From Acetobacter sp. (GTDB lineage: Bacteria; Pseudomonadota; Alphaproteobacteria; Acetobacterales; Acetobacteraceae): 64,000 nucleotides of DNA. The notes below the pieces were generated by a model. The model was not told where the DNA came from. It did not search any database and saw nothing but the letters and a program-made list of their open reading frames with translations. Position numbers and translations under genes: made by a program. Below are positions 20,763 through 31,735 of this stretch, piece by piece. Positions within the stretch are counted from its first letter, which is position 1. Each line of letters begins with the position of its first letter. Where the stretch lies: contig JBDNSL010000002.1 of assembly GCA_047719095.1 (NCBI GenBank), forward strand, positions 10,909 to 74,908. The letters run 5' to 3'.

Positions 20763-21748
20763 TACAGAGCCTCCTTCAGGCGTTTATTGCGTGCTTCGCG
20801 CAGTTGGGCAAAGTCCGTATCGGCATGGTAGGACGAGCGTGTAAGCGGACTTGAGCTGACCTGCAAAAAGCCTTTTACGCGCGCCACGGTGCCATAGTCC
20901 TCGAATTCATCAGGTGTGACAAAGCGCGCAACGGCGGCGTGCTTGACCGTGGGCTGCAAATACTGCCCCATCGTAATAAAATCCACATCGGCAATACGCA
21001 GATCATCCATGACCTGAGCGAGTTCCATTTTTTCTTCCCCCAGCCCCAGCATTAGGCCGGATTTGGTAAAAATGGAGGGGTCAAGCTGCTTCACACGGTC
21101 CAGAAGGCGCAAGGACTGGTAATAGCGCGCACCGGGGCGAATGGTGGGGTACAGGCGCGGCACGGTTTCCAGATTATGGTTGAACACGTCCGGGCGTGCC
21201 TTGACCACCACCTCCAGCGCCTTGTCCTTGCGTAAAAAATCGGGGGTCAGAATTTCAATGGTCGTGGCGGGGGATGTTGTGCGTATGGCCTGAATAACAT
21301 GGGCAAAGTGCAGCGCACCACCATCACTCAGGTCATCTCGGTCCACGGAGGTAATCACCACATGGCGCAGGCCCAGCTTGGCTACAGCCTCGGCCACACG
21401 TCCGGGTTCTCCCTCATCCAGCGGGTTTGGCATGCCGGTGCTGACATTGCAGAATGCGCAGGCCCGTGTGCAGATTTCCCCCATGATCATCATGGTGGCG
21501 TGGCGCTGCGACCAGCATTCCCCAATGTTGGGGCAGGCAGCTTCCTCACACACAGTCACCAGCTTGTTGTCACGCATCAGGGTGCGTGTTTCGTGGTACG
21601 TTGGGTGGTTGGGCGCTTTTACACGGATCCATTCCGGTTTGCGGGCAATGGGGTTGTCCGGCCGATGGGCTTTTTCCGGATGCCGGATCCGGCTGGTTCC
21701 ACCTTTTCTATGATCAATCTCAACACGAGTAGACATGACTTCGCCCAT
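20762..21748 (-). CDS. lipA: Lipoyl synthase
   Basis: [12 protein letters not shown] and CTRACAFC clusters, RSSYHA. Confidence 0.97.
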   Translation of the reverse strand: MGEVMSTRVEIDHRKGGTSRIRHPEKAHRPDNPIARKPEWIRVKAPNHPTYHETRTLMRDNKLVTVCEEAACPNIGECWSQRHATMMIMGEICTRACAFCNVSTGMPNPLDEGEPGRVAEAVAKLGLRHVVITSVDRDDLSDGGALHFAHVIQAIRTTSPATTIEILTPDFLRKDKALEVVVKARPDVFNHNLETVPRLYPTIRPGARYYQSLRLLDRVKQLDPSIFTKSGLMLGLGEEKMELAQVMDDLRIADVDFITMGQYLQPTVKHAAVARFVTPDEFEDYGTVARVKGFLQVSSSPLTRSSYHADTDFAQLREARNKRLKEAL

Positions 21749-21825
21749 TTTTACCCAAAGAGTTCAGATAGAACTGGAATGTCCCCATTGACACGTCAAG
21801 GCGTGAAGAGGCGATGAAAGGGGTA

Positions 21826-21857
21826 TGGGGCATCACACCATAGAGATTGATGCCCCA
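21826..21857 (-). terminator. Stem-loop just after lpdA (weak terminator or mRNA-stabilising hairpin)
   Basis: TGGGGCATCA-N12-TGATGCCCCA perfect 10-bp inverted repeat; poor U-tract. Confidence 0.5.
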
Positions 21858-21865
21858 AACAGGAA

Positions 21866-23278
21866 CTAGAAGTGTAACGCACCATCATAGGCGGCAAGGA
21901 CTGCCTCATGCATGGATTCAGAAATGGTCGGATGCGGGAAAATGGTTTCCGCCAGTTCCGCTTCCGTCAGTTCACCTGTGCGCGCAATAACATAGCCCTG
22001 AATCATCTCGGTAACTTCAGCACCAATCATGTGGGCACCAAGCAGTTCGCCTGTCTGGGCATCAAAAACGGTTTTGATCAGCCCGTCCGGCTCACCCATG
22101 GCAAGGGCTTTGCCATTGGCAAGGAGGGGGAACCTGCCAACGCGAATGGTGTAACCTGCTTCCTTTGCCTTGGCTTCCGTATAGCCGACAGAGGCAATCT
22201 GTGGGCGGCAATAGGTGCAGCCGGGCACTTTTGTCGGGTCAATGGGGTGGACTGTCCGGCCTGCAATAGCCTCTACGCACATAACGGCCTCATGGCTGGC
22301 TTTGTGGGCGAGCCATGGCGCACCGGCCAGATCCCCAATAGCGTAAACGCCCGCCTCCCCCGTGCGGCACAGAGCATCTGTGACCACATGAGTGCGATCG
22401 ACCTGAATTTTGGTACCTTCCAGCCCGATATTGTCCACATTGCCGACAATACCCACGGCGGAGATCACCCGGTCGGCCACCAGAGTTTCGGTCTTGCCCT
22501 TGAGCGTGACAGGAATGTGGACTTCGGTTGCCGTTTTCTGCAAGGCCCCAATCTGGGCGCCGGTAAGGACGCGAATACCCTGTTTTTCAAACGCCTTGCG
22601 TGCGAGTTGGCTTATTTCCTCGTCTTCTACGGGCAGAATACGCTCAGCAACTTCCACCAGCGTTACGTCCGAGCCCATATTGCTGTAAAAGGATGCAAAT
22701 TCGGTCCCGATAGCGCCTGAGCCAATAACAACAAGCCGCTTTGGCATCTCCTCTGGTACAAGGGCTTCCTTGTAGGACCAGACAAACTTGCCATCTGGCT
22801 CTAATCCGGGCAGCACGCGCGCACGTGCACCAGTCGCCAGAATAACATGCCGGGCAGTCAGGGTGGTTGGCGGTGTGCCATCCTTGCTGACCAGCACCTT
22901 GCGCGTACCGTTAGCCAGTGTGCCATCGAGCTTGCCATAGCCATTAAAGACCGGAACTTTGGCCTTTTTTAGCAGATGGGCGACACCTGCGGACAACTGC
23001 TTGGACACAGCGCGTGAGCGGGCAACAATTTTTTTAAAATCAAAGCTTACGCCCTCGGCCTTAAACCCATAGGCAGGCAGGTCGTGCAGCAGATGGTTAA
23101 TTTCCGATGCCCGGAGCAGCGCCTTTGTGGGGATGCATCCCCAGTTCAGGCAGATGCCACCAAGATGCTGGGCTTCGACCACCGCCACGGAGAGTTTAAG
23201 CTGGGCAGCGCGCAGGGCGGCAACATACCCACCCGGCCCACCACCAAGGACGATAATGTCAAAATCTGTCTGGCTCAT
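21866..23278 (-). CDS. lpdA: Dihydrolipoyl dehydrogenase (E3)
   Basis: GGGPGGY, GGICLNWGCIPTK, HPTISE. Confidence 0.97.
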   Translation of the reverse strand: MSQTDFDIIVLGGGPGGYVAALRAAQLKLSVAVVEAQHLGGICLNWGCIPTKALLRASEINHLLHDLPAYGFKAEGVSFDFKKIVARSRAVSKQLSAGVAHLLKKAKVPVFNGYGKLDGTLANGTRKVLVSKDGTPPTTLTARHVILATGARARVLPGLEPDGKFVWSYKEALVPEEMPKRLVVIGSGAIGTEFASFYSNMGSDVTLVEVAERILPVEDEEISQLARKAFEKQGIRVLTGAQIGALQKTATEVHIPVTLKGKTETLVADRVISAVGIVGNVDNIGLEGTKIQVDRTHVVTDALCRTGEAGVYAIGDLAGAPWLAHKASHEAVMCVEAIAGRTVHPIDPTKVPGCTYCRPQIASVGYTEAKAKEAGYTIRVGRFPLLANGKALAMGEPDGLIKTVFDAQTGELLGAHMIGAEVTEMIQGYVIARTGELTEAELAETIFPHPTISESMHEAVLAAYDGALHF

Positions 23279-23308
23279 GTTCCAAAATTCTCCTTGCCCG
23301 AGGCCGCG

Positions 23309-24544
23309 TTACAGAACAAGAGCCAGAGGTGCCTGCACAATGGAACGGAATGCCGACAGCCATTTGGCTGCCAGGGCGCCATCCACCGCACGATGATCGA
23401 CCGAGAGTGTTACAGTCATGACTGTTGCTATTCTGATCTCATCCCCACTCACAACAGGCACACGCTTGCCTGCGGCAATGGCCAGAATGGCAGCCTGAGG
23501 CGGGTTAACAATGGCTGCGAATTCCTTCACGCCAAACATGCCCATATTGGAAAGGGAAAATGTACCGCCCTGAAATTCTTCAGGCTTCAGCTTGCCAGCC
23601 CTTGCCCGCGAGACCAGAGACTTTGCTTCCTGACTGATCTGCTTGAGGCTTTTGCGGTCTGCTGCCCGGACAATGGGGGTAATCAACCCATCATCAAGGG
23701 AAACAGCGACAGAAATATCCGCATCCTCATGCAAGATCATGGCGTCTTCGGTGAAGGAGGCATTCACTTCGGGCACCTGTTTGAGCGCAAGAGCTGCGGC
23801 CTTGATCAGCATGTCATTGACGGACAGCTTGAAGGCATCCTGCCCTTCATCGCCGGACAGGGCGTTCAACTGTGAGCGCAGCGCCATAAGCGCATCAAGC
23901 TCCACATCCATGGAGACATAGAAGTGGGGAATGGTGGCCTTGGATTCACTCAACCTGCGGGCAATAACCTTGCGCATGGTGGAATGGGGCACCGTACGGC
24001 TACCGCCGGTTGGCAGGGCTGGGGGCTGGGGTGCGCTGCTGCTTTGGGCGGCAGCGGCCTCCACATCCCGTTTAACAATGCGCCCGTTCGGCCCTGTCCC
24101 CTTAATGGAGGAGAGGTCTACACCTTTTGTCGCAGCAATGCGCCGTGCCAGAGGGGATGCCACAATCCGGTTGGCTGGGCGTGTTGCCTGCGGGGCTGGC
24201 GTGGGCAGCACAGGCGCGCTGGCGGCAGCAACCGGCTGCGCCGTGGAGGCCGCAGCCGGAATTGGGGCCGAAGATGGCGTGGTGGCCGCAGGTACGGCCT
24301 CCCCTTCTTCCACCAGAATGGCGATAGGAGTGTTAACCGCAACACCCTCGGTCCCTTCGGGAACCAGGATGCGGCCAAAAATACCGTCCTCTATGGCTTC
24401 CACTTCCATGGTGGCCTTGTCGGTTTCGATCTCGGCCAGCACGTCGCCATTGCTAACAGCCTCGCCCTCTTTTTTCAGCCAGCGGGCAATTTTGCCCTCT
24501 GTCATGGTGGGAGAGAGGGCGGGCATCAGAATTTCAATTGCCAT
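23309..24544 (-). CDS. pdhC: Pyruvate dehydrogenase E2 dihydrolipoamide acetyltransferase
   Basis: Lipoyl domain ETDKA, E3-binding [23 protein letters not shown]. Confidence 0.96.
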   Translation of the reverse strand: MAIEILMPALSPTMTEGKIARWLKKEGEAVSNGDVLAEIETDKATMEVEAIEDGIFGRILVPEGTEGVAVNTPIAILVEEGEAVPAATTPSSAPIPAAASTAQPVAAASAPVLPTPAPQATRPANRIVASPLARRIAATKGVDLSSIKGTGPNGRIVKRDVEAAAAQSSSAPQPPALPTGGSRTVPHSTMRKVIARRLSESKATIPHFYVSMDVELDALMALRSQLNALSGDEGQDAFKLSVNDMLIKAAALALKQVPEVNASFTEDAMILHEDADISVAVSLDDGLITPIVRAADRKSLKQISQEAKSLVSRARAGKLKPEEFQGGTFSLSNMGMFGVKEFAAIVNPPQAAILAIAAGKRVPVVSGDEIRIATVMTVTLSVDHRAVDGALAAKWLSAFRSIVQAPLALVL

Positions 24545-24555
24545 CTTTCATCACC

Positions 24556-25923
24556 TCAGATCAGGCTACGCACGGCTTTAACCACGTGCTCAGACTGTGG
24601 CAGAGCCAGTTTTTCCAGATTGGCTGCAAACGGCATGGGCACATCTTCACCAGCAACACGCACGGGGGGAGCATCCAGCCAGTCAAAGGCATGCTCTATA
24701 ACCTGCATGGCAACTTCGGAGCCAATGCCAGCAAAGGGCCAGCCTTCTTCCACCGTTACAAGGCGGCTGGTCTTTTTAACGCTGTTGACAATTGTGGCTG
24801 TATCCAGCGGGCGAATGCTCCGCAGGTTGATCACTTCGGCCTCAATCCCCTGCCTGGCAAGTTCAGCCGCTGCATCCAGCGCTGTGCCTACGGCAATGGA
24901 AAAAGCAACAATGGTGACATCGGTGCCAGCCCGTTCGATCTTTGCCTTGCCAATGGGTAGAATGAAATCTTCATCAATCGGACAAGGGAACTTCTGCCCG
25001 TAAAGAATCTCATTTTCCAGCACGATCACCGGGTTCGGGTCGCGGATAGCAGCGCGCAGCAGCCCCTTGGCATCGGCTGCGGACCACGGGGCAACAACTT
25101 TAAGCCCCGGCACATGGCCGTACCAGCTTGCATAACACTGCGAATGCTGGGCACCCACGCGTGCGGCAGCACCGTTAGGGCCACGGAACACAATGGGGCA
25201 CCCCATCTGCCCGCCGGACATATACAGCGTTTTGGCCGCAGAGTTGATAATGTGGTCAATGGCCTGCATGGCGAAGTTCATGGTCATGAACTCGACAACA
25301 GGTTTAAGCCCGGTCAGGGCCGCGCCAACTGCCATGCCGGTAAAACCATGCTCGGTAATGGGCATGTCCAGCACACGCTTGTCACCAAATTCCTGCAACA
25401 GGCCCTGCGAGATTTTGTAAGCACCCTGATACTCGGCGACTTCCTCACCGAGCAGGAACACGTCTTCATCGCGGCGCAGTTCTGCCGCCATGGCGTCACG
25501 CAGGGCTTCACGCACGGTGATCTCCTGCGTTTCACCCCAGTCCTGCTCCGGTTCGGTCGTGCCCAAGGGCGTGGCGGACGCGGTTGCGGGTGTGGGCGGA
25601 GCCGTGCTGGCTGCCGGTGCTGGTGTGGGAGCACTGGTGGTGGGTGCATTGCTCGCGGCACCGGCTTCGGGTACGGCCTCACCATCTTCAACCACAATGG
25701 CTATGGGGGAGTTGACGGCAACGCCTTCAACTCCTTCGCCAATCAGCACACGGCCAAGAATACCGTCTTCAATGGCTTCAATTTCCATTGTGGCCTTGTC
25801 GGTTTCGATCTCGGCCAGAACGTCGCCAGCAGTAATGGTGTCCCCTTCCTTTTTCAGCCAGCGGGCAATTTTGCCTTCTGTCATGGTGGGGGAAAGGGCG
25901 GGCATTAAAATTTCAGTCGCCAT
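24556..25923 (-). CDS. pdhB: Pyruvate dehydrogenase E1 beta with N-terminal lipoyl domain
   Basis: ETDKA lipoyl domain, linker, then [25 protein letters not shown]. Confidence 0.96.
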   Translation of the reverse strand: MATEILMPALSPTMTEGKIARWLKKEGDTITAGDVLAEIETDKATMEIEAIEDGILGRVLIGEGVEGVAVNSPIAIVVEDGEAVPEAGAASNAPTTSAPTPAPAASTAPPTPATASATPLGTTEPEQDWGETQEITVREALRDAMAAELRRDEDVFLLGEEVAEYQGAYKISQGLLQEFGDKRVLDMPITEHGFTGMAVGAALTGLKPVVEFMTMNFAMQAIDHIINSAAKTLYMSGGQMGCPIVFRGPNGAAARVGAQHSQCYASWYGHVPGLKVVAPWSAADAKGLLRAAIRDPNPVIVLENEILYGQKFPCPIDEDFILPIGKAKIERAGTDVTIVAFSIAVGTALDAAAELARQGIEAEVINLRSIRPLDTATIVNSVKKTSRLVTVEEGWPFAGIGSEVAMQVIEHAFDWLDAPPVRVAGEDVPMPFAANLEKLALPQSEHVVKAVRSLI

Positions 25924-25929
25924 AATTGC

Positions 25930-26940
25930 TCAGGCCTCCAGCACTACGTCCGTATAAAGTTCAGAAGGATCAGGTTCGGGGCTCGTCTGCGCGAATTCGG
26001 CTGAGTCGTTCACGACGGCTTTAATTTCTGCTTCCATGGCTTTGAGCGTGGCGTCCTCTACCCCGGCATCAAACAGAATGTGTTTGACGTGTTCGATCGG
26101 GTCACGCGTTTTACGCACCTGATCGACCTCTTCACGCGTGCGGTATTTGGCCGGGTCGGACATGGAATGACCACGGTAACGGTAGGTCATCATTTCCAGA
26201 ATGTAAGGGCCTTTACCCGCGCGGCAATGGGCTACGGCCTGTGCTGCGGCTGCATGGACAGCAGCAACATCCATGCCATCCACCTGTAGGCTGGGAATGC
26301 CCCATGGCTCGCCATTTTTATACAGATCGTGCGAGGCGGAGGCGCGCTCAATGGCTGTGCCCATGCCGTATTTGTTGTTCTCTATGACAAAAATACAGGG
26401 CAGCTTGTGCAGGGCGGCTAGATTGAAGCTTTCGTAAACCTGCCCCTGCCCTGCCGCGCCATCTCCAAAATAGGCCACGGCCACTTCATCCGTGCCACGG
26501 TATTTGTTGGCGAATGCCAGACCGATGCCCAGTGCAACCTGCGCGCCCACAATGCCATGTCCGCCGTAGAAATTTTTCTCGCGCGAGAACATGTGCATGG
26601 AGCCACCCTTGCCATGCGAGTAGCCTGTGGCACGGCCGGTCAGTTCGGCCATAACGCCGCGTGGGGTCATGCCTGCAACCAGCATCTGGCCGTGGTCGCG
26701 GTAGGAGGTAATGAGTTTGTCACCATCCTTGAGGCACATCTGTATGCCCACCACAACAGCTTCCTGCCCGATGTAAAGGTGGCAGAACCCACCGATCAGG
26801 CCCATGCCATAAAGCTGGCCCGCTTTTTCTTCAAATCGGCGGATCAGCAGCATATCGTGGTAAGCGCTCAGAAACTGCTCTCGGGTCAGTGATGGTCCGT
26901 TGCCACCGACTGCGCCAACCTGCTCAGATGTTGTTTCCAT
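25930..26940 (-). CDS. pdhA: Pyruvate dehydrogenase E1 alpha
   Basis: GFCHLYIGQEA, GDGA..N TPP motif, YRGHSMSDP. Confidence 0.97.
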   Translation of the reverse strand: METTSEQVGAVGGNGPSLTREQFLSAYHDMLLIRRFEEKAGQLYGMGLIGGFCHLYIGQEAVVVGIQMCLKDGDKLITSYRDHGQMLVAGMTPRGVMAELTGRATGYSHGKGGSMHMFSREKNFYGGHGIVGAQVALGIGLAFANKYRGTDEVAVAYFGDGAAGQGQVYESFNLAALHKLPCIFVIENNKYGMGTAIERASASHDLYKNGEPWGIPSLQVDGMDVAAVHAAAAQAVAHCRAGKGPYILEMMTYRYRGHSMSDPAKYRTREEVDQVRKTRDPIEHVKHILFDAGVEDATLKAMEAEIKAVVNDSAEFAQTSPEPDPSELYTDVVLEA

Positions 26941-27070
26941 GTATGGACCCTCTACGATACATAGGTAAATGCGTCTTGACGTAATGTTTTGGCGGCCAGA
27001 GGACTGGTCGGTCCGAACATTTTATCCTGTTTGTGTCTAAAAAGAATGCCGTCTGGTCAGGGCACCTTGG

Positions 27071-27547
27071 TTAGCTGGCGTTATATTCTCCTGACCTGCC
27101 ACCGCTTTTGTGCAGTAGCCGGGTATTGTCTATGCGCATGCCGCGATCCACAGCCTTGCACATGTCATAGAGCGTTAGGGCTGCGACGGACACCGCAGTC
27201 AACGCCTCCATTTCCACCCCGGTTGCGTCTTTTGTTGTAACAGTCGCTGTGATCTCGATTTTGTCATCGGCAGGGATCAGATCAACCGTAACAGAGGTCA
27301 GGCGCAGGGGGTGGCATAGCGGAATAACGTCGGCCGTTTTTTTGGCCGCCATAATGCCCGCTATCCGTGCCGTTGCCAGCACATCCCCCTTGGGCATGGA
27401 GCCACTGACAATCAGCTCCAGCGTGTGGGGGTGCATATGCATCTCTGCTGCGGCCACGGCCTTGCGGAATGTTTCATCCTTGCCGGAGACATCGACCATC
27501 CGGGCATGCCCTGATGAATCCAGATGGGTCAGGGTTTGCCCGCTCAC
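27071..27547 (-). CDS. moaC: Cyclic pyranopterin monophosphate synthase
   Basis: [33 protein letters not shown]. Confidence 0.96.
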   Translation of the reverse strand: MSGQTLTHLDSSGHARMVDVSGKDETFRKAVAAAEMHMHPHTLELIVSGSMPKGDVLATARIAGIMAAKKTADVIPLCHPLRLTSVTVDLIPADDKIEITATVTTKDATGVEMEALTAVSVAALTLYDMCKAVDRGMRIDNTRLLHKSGGRSGEYNAS

Positions 27548-27549
27548 GC

Positions 27550-28416
27550 TTACTTCAACCCAAGCAATGCGCGTGCGGCAGCACCGGGGTCGGGCTGGCG
27601 CAACAGTGTTTCGCCTACCAGAAAACCGGTTACACCAATGGCGGCCAGCTGCTCGATTTCCGCATGTGTTTTAATCCCGCTTTCGGAGATGATAATCCGG
27701 TCAGGCGGGACAAGGGGGGCAAGCTGGCTTGTGGTGTTGATGTCGGTTGTGAGTGTTTTGAGGTTACGGTTGTTGATACCGATCAGGAACGTGTCCAACG
27801 CCAAGGCGCGGTTCAGTTCTTCCTCGTCATGCACTTCAACCAGCACGTCCATGTCCAGCCCTTTGGCATGGTCAACCAGTTCTAGGGCCATCTCATCTGT
27901 TAGGATGGACATAATGAGCAAGATGCAGTCCGCACCAATCATGCGGCTTTCATAGACCTGCCACGGGTCCAGAATAAAATCCTTGCGCAGGATCGGCAGC
28001 GAACAGGCTGCCCGCACGGTTGCCAGGTCCTCGTTTGCACCATGGAAGCACGAGCTTTCCGTCAGCACGGAAATGCAGGCAGCCCCCGCCTGCTCGTAAG
28101 CAAGCGCAATCTGTGCGGGATGGTAGTCCTCTTGCAAAATACCGGCCGAGGGAGAGGCCTTTTTGATCTCGGCAATAAGGCCCACAGCCCGGTCGGCGGC
28201 TTTTTCCTTTAGCGCACGGCCAAAGCCACGTGGGGCTTCCTTGGTTTCCTGCGCCTTGGCGACAACTTCCTTCATGGGGTGCAGTGTGGAGCGATGTTCC
28301 ACTTCCAGCCGTGTCCGCGCACAGATGCGGGAGAGAACATCTGGGAGTTCATCTACCTTGCTGTCTGGTGTGACGGCGGTGGCAGCTACAGTGGACGTGG
28401 AGGATGTATCGTTCAT
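27550..28416 (-). CDS. trpC: Indole-3-glycerol phosphate synthase
   Basis: [32 protein letters not shown]. Confidence 0.96.
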   Translation of the reverse strand: MNDTSSTSTVAATAVTPDSKVDELPDVLSRICARTRLEVEHRSTLHPMKEVVAKAQETKEAPRGFGRALKEKAADRAVGLIAEIKKASPSAGILQEDYHPAQIALAYEQAGAACISVLTESSCFHGANEDLATVRAACSLPILRKDFILDPWQVYESRMIGADCILLIMSILTDEMALELVDHAKGLDMDVLVEVHDEEELNRALALDTFLIGINNRNLKTLTTDINTTSQLAPLVPPDRIIISESGIKTHAEIEQLAAIGVTGFLVGETLLRQPDPGAAARALLGLK

Positions 28417-28433
28417 GATTGTCCTGTCATGTC

Positions 28434-29543
28434 TCAGGCGTGTGCATCGGGGGGTGATGCACGTAAACCGTTGAGCACTGCAAAAGCAGTGCCATTGTCG
28501 AGTGAGCGTGCGGCGGTCGCCACACTGTTCTTGAGGGCGGCCGGATCAATCCGGCCATTCCGCAAGACGGTCCGTTGACCAGCTACATGCAGCGCAAAAG
28601 CCGCGTTCAACAGAACAGTATCACGGTATGCACTGTGTGCGCCATGCAGGAGTGCTTCGAGTGCTTGTGCATTATGCTGGGCATCTCCCCCTTTAATGGC
28701 GGATACGGGGGCATAGGGTAAACCCGCCATGTCAGGCTCGATCTGGTGGGTCTGGATATGCCCGTTTTCAAAAGCCACGGCCTGCGTGGGGCCTGCCAGT
28801 GTAATTTCGTCTATACCACCCTGCCCGTCCTGTGGCTGGCCACAGACAGCCCACACACACTCCGATCCAAGGCGGGCCAGAACTTCTGTAACGGGCCGGA
28901 GCCACTGGGGGGAGTAAACGCCCATAAGCTGGCGTTTAACGCCTGCCGGGTTGACCATTGGCCCCACCAGATTGAACACTGTTGGCAGGGCCAGTGCTTT
29001 TCGCGCACCGGCTGCATGGCGCATGGCGGGGTGGTGGTGTGGCGCCGCCATAAACACCACATGGTGGCTTGCCAGTTGCTCTGCAAGAACCTCAGCTTGA
29101 GCGGACAGCGGCACGCTCAGGGCTGCCAGCACATCCGATGCACCCGAAAGCGAGGAAATGGCGCGGTTCCCATGTTTGGCCACGGGTACGCCAAGTGCAG
29201 CTAGAACAAAGGCAACTGCGGTGGAAACATTCAGGGTGCCATAATTATCCCCGCCCGTACCGCAGACATCTATGGTGTTTGCCGGGGCATTGGGCACCGG
29301 GTACATCCGCTGCCGCAGGGCGGTTACAGCGCCAAGCAGTTCATCCTGTGTTTCACCCCGGACGCGCAGCGCCATAAGGAAGGCGGCAATGCGCTCAGGG
29401 GGCACGTTGCCGTCCATAATGCTGCCAAAGGCGGCTTCCGCCTGTGCGGCACTGAGTTGTTCGTGCTGGGCAAGGCGGGTGAGAATGGTTGTAAAAAAAG
29501 CTGGGTCTTGGGGACCTGTCGCCGGGTTTGCGGGGTCAGGCAT
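28434..29543 (-). CDS. trpD: Anthranilate phosphoribosyltransferase
   Basis: DVCGTGGD, NVST, KHGNR, FNLVGP, DE motif. Confidence 0.95.
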   Translation of the reverse strand: MPDPANPATGPQDPAFFTTILTRLAQHEQLSAAQAEAAFGSIMDGNVPPERIAAFLMALRVRGETQDELLGAVTALRQRMYPVPNAPANTIDVCGTGGDNYGTLNVSTAVAFVLAALGVPVAKHGNRAISSLSGASDVLAALSVPLSAQAEVLAEQLASHHVVFMAAPHHHPAMRHAAGARKALALPTVFNLVGPMVNPAGVKRQLMGVYSPQWLRPVTEVLARLGSECVWAVCGQPQDGQGGIDEITLAGPTQAVAFENGHIQTHQIEPDMAGLPYAPVSAIKGGDAQHNAQALEALLHGAHSAYRDTVLLNAAFALHVAGQRTVLRNGRIDPAALKNSVATAARSLDNGTAFAVLNGLRASPPDAHA

Positions 29544-30132
29544 GGACCAGACCCGCTTTCCATTGGCGTGCATGGGTCAGAAAATTACGGAGCAGGTCGT
29601 GCCCGTGTTCCGATGCAATGCTCTCGGGGTGGAACTGTACGCCCGAGATGGGGTGTACCTTGTGCCGAACACCCATAATCACCCCATCTGCCGTCCACGC
29701 AGTGACCTCGAGGTCTTGGGGAATACTGGAGGGTTCAAGTGTCAGGCTATGGTAGCGGGTTGCATTGAACGGGCTGGAAAGGCCTGCAAAAACATCCGTC
29801 CCGTTATGGTAAACCGGGCTGATTTTGCCGTGCATGGGTGCGGGTGAGCGCACAACCTGTGCGCCAAACACCTGCCCGATGGACTGGTGGCCAAGACAGA
29901 CACCAAACACCGGCACCTTACCTGCTGCTGCGGCAATAAGGTCGCAGCAGATGCCCGCCTCGTTAGGCGAGCGTGGGCCGGGGGACAGAACAATGGCATC
30001 GGGGTTAAGGGCCAGAGCGTCAGCCACTCTTAACGTGTCGTTCCGGCGGACATCGCATGCCTCTCCCAGTTCACCCAGATAGTGAACAAGGTTGAAGGTA
30101 AAGCTGTCATAATTGTCGATCAGTAGGATCAT
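29536..30132 (-). CDS. trpG: Anthranilate synthase component II (glutamine amidotransferase)
   Basis: IDNYDSFT, SPGP, GVCLGHQ, RYHSL, QFHPES. Confidence 0.95.
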   Translation of the reverse strand: MILLIDNYDSFTFNLVHYLGELGEACDVRRNDTLRVADALALNPDAIVLSPGPRSPNEAGICCDLIAAAAGKVPVFGVCLGHQSIGQVFGAQVVRSPAPMHGKISPVYHNGTDVFAGLSSPFNATRYHSLTLEPSSIPQDLEVTAWTADGVIMGVRHKVHPISGVQFHPESIASEHGHDLLRNFLTHARQWKAGLVHA

Positions 30133-30190
30133 GGCGGAATGATGACCTTTTAGCGCGCACGGGTCAAATGACGTGAAGGAAAGGCAAGGC

Positions 30191-31735
30191 TTATGCGCGC
30201 CCTGCCCGGGCCATTGTCAACGCTTCCTCGGCCGCGCGAAAGACTGCCCGTGCCTTGTGCTGCGTTTCTTCGTATTCTGACTCGGGTACACTATCCGCCA
30301 CAACGCCACAGCCCGCCTGCACATGCATGCGGCCATCCTTGACCACTGCCATGCGTAGGCCAATGCAGGTATCCATGTCCCCGCCTGCGCCAAAATAGCC
30401 TATGCAGCCTGCATAGGTGGCGCGCCGTGTGCGTTCGACCTCGTCAATAATTTCCATGGCGCGGATTTTTGGAGCACCAGTCAGGGTTCCCGCAGGAAAG
30501 GCCGCGACCAGTGCATCCAGCGCTTCCAGATCAGGCTTGAGCATGCCCTCCACATTGGAGGAAATGTGCATGACGTGGCTGAAGCGTTCAATAACAAACC
30601 GCTCCGTAACCTTGACCGAACCGGGAATGCTGACGCGCCCCACATCGTTGCGCCCCAGATCGATCAGCATCAGATGTTCGGCAATTTCTTTCTGGTCGGC
30701 CAGCAGGTCTTTCTCCAGCGCCAGATCCTCTGCGGTGGTTTTGCCGCGTGGGCGCGTGCCGGCCAGCGGACGGACGGTCATTTTGCCGTCTCTGAGGCGC
30801 ACAAGAATTTCCGGGGAGGACCCCACCAGCGAAAAAGCCCCAAAGTCCAGATGGAACAGGAAGGGGGCCGGGTTGATGCGCCTGAGCGAGCGGTAGAGCG
30901 AGAGTGACGGGAGTGCAAATGCCGTGGAAAAACGCTGGCTGGGCACAACCTGAAAAGCATCGCCCGCGGCAATGTAGTCCTGAATGCGGGTTATGGCCGA
31001 GCAGAAATCCTGATGGCTGAATGTCGAGCTTGGTGCGACAAAAGCAGGAATGTCCGCAGGTGGTGCCGATTGCGGGAGTGCGCCGCTCAGGCAGGTTCTG
31101 GCACGTTCAAGCAGGGCTTGCGCACGGTCCCATGCCTCTTCGGCGGTGTCGGCAGCGTTTGGGCGAATGGGGCTGGCCAGAATAAGTTCATCCGTAACCG
31201 TGTCGAACACAGCAAACAGGCCCGGACGCATGAGAATGGATTCAGGTAGGTCCAGATCATCGGGTGGGGCGTCAGGCAGGTGTTCCATCTGGCGCACCAT
31301 GTCATACCCCAGATAGCCGAACAGGCCGCCGATCATGGGCGGGAGTTCGGGGGGGAGGTCCATGCGCGAGGCGTGGATAAGGGCGCGCAGGCTTGCCAGC
31401 GGCGCTGTGGCGTCGGGCACGGCGGTGGTCGGCTGGCCATTCTGGCAGGTGCTGGTGCTAACCTTGCCGTTATGGCAGGTCCAGACAAGGTCGGGCTTGA
31501 GGGCAATTACGGAATAACGGCCCCGCGTGGTGCCACCTTCCACACTTTCCAGCAGCAGCGTGTACTGGCCCGAACTGCCATCCAGATGCGCCAGACGCAT
31601 ATAGGCCGATACGGGGGTCAGCAGGTCCGCGGGTTCAACGGAATAGACAATGCTTCCCCTGCCCTGCGCCCAAGCAGCAGCACATGCCTGCCTGCTGGGG
31701 GAGGATGCGGTATGTGCCTTCATGCCCAAGCTCAC
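30191..31735 (-). CDS. trpE: Anthranilate synthase component I
   Basis: LLESVEGG, GSSPEILV, AEHLMLIDLGRND, PAGTLTGAPK. Confidence 0.96.
   Translation of the reverse strand: MSLGMKAHTASSPSRQACAAAWAQGRGSIVYSVEPADLLTPVSAYMRLAHLDGSSGQYTLLLESVEGGTTRGRYSVIALKPDLVWTCHNGKVSTSTCQNGQPTTAVPDATAPLASLRALIHASRMDLPPELPPMIGGLFGYLGYDMVRQMEHLPDAPPDDLDLPESILMRPGLFAVFDTVTDELILASPIRPNAADTAEEAWDRAQALLERARTCLSGALPQSAPPADIPAFVAPSSTFSHQDFCSAITRIQDYIAAGDAFQVVPSQRFSTAFALPSLSLYRSLRRINPAPFLFHLDFGAFSLVGSSPEILVRLRDGKMTVRPLAGTRPRGKTTAEDLALEKDLLADQKEIAEHLMLIDLGRNDVGRVSIPGSVKVTERFVIERFSHVMHISSNVEGMLKPDLEALDALVAAFPAGTLTGAPKIRAMEIIDEVERTRRATYAGCIGYFGAGGDMDTCIGLRMAVVKDGRMHVQAGCGVVADSVPESEYEETQHKARAVFRAAEEALTMARAGRA

Noticed and set aside
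21760-21800. Short palindromes AGTTC-N5-GAACT and TTGAC-AC-GTCAA upstream of lipA
   Set aside because: Neither fits LexA or FNR spacing; too short to assign
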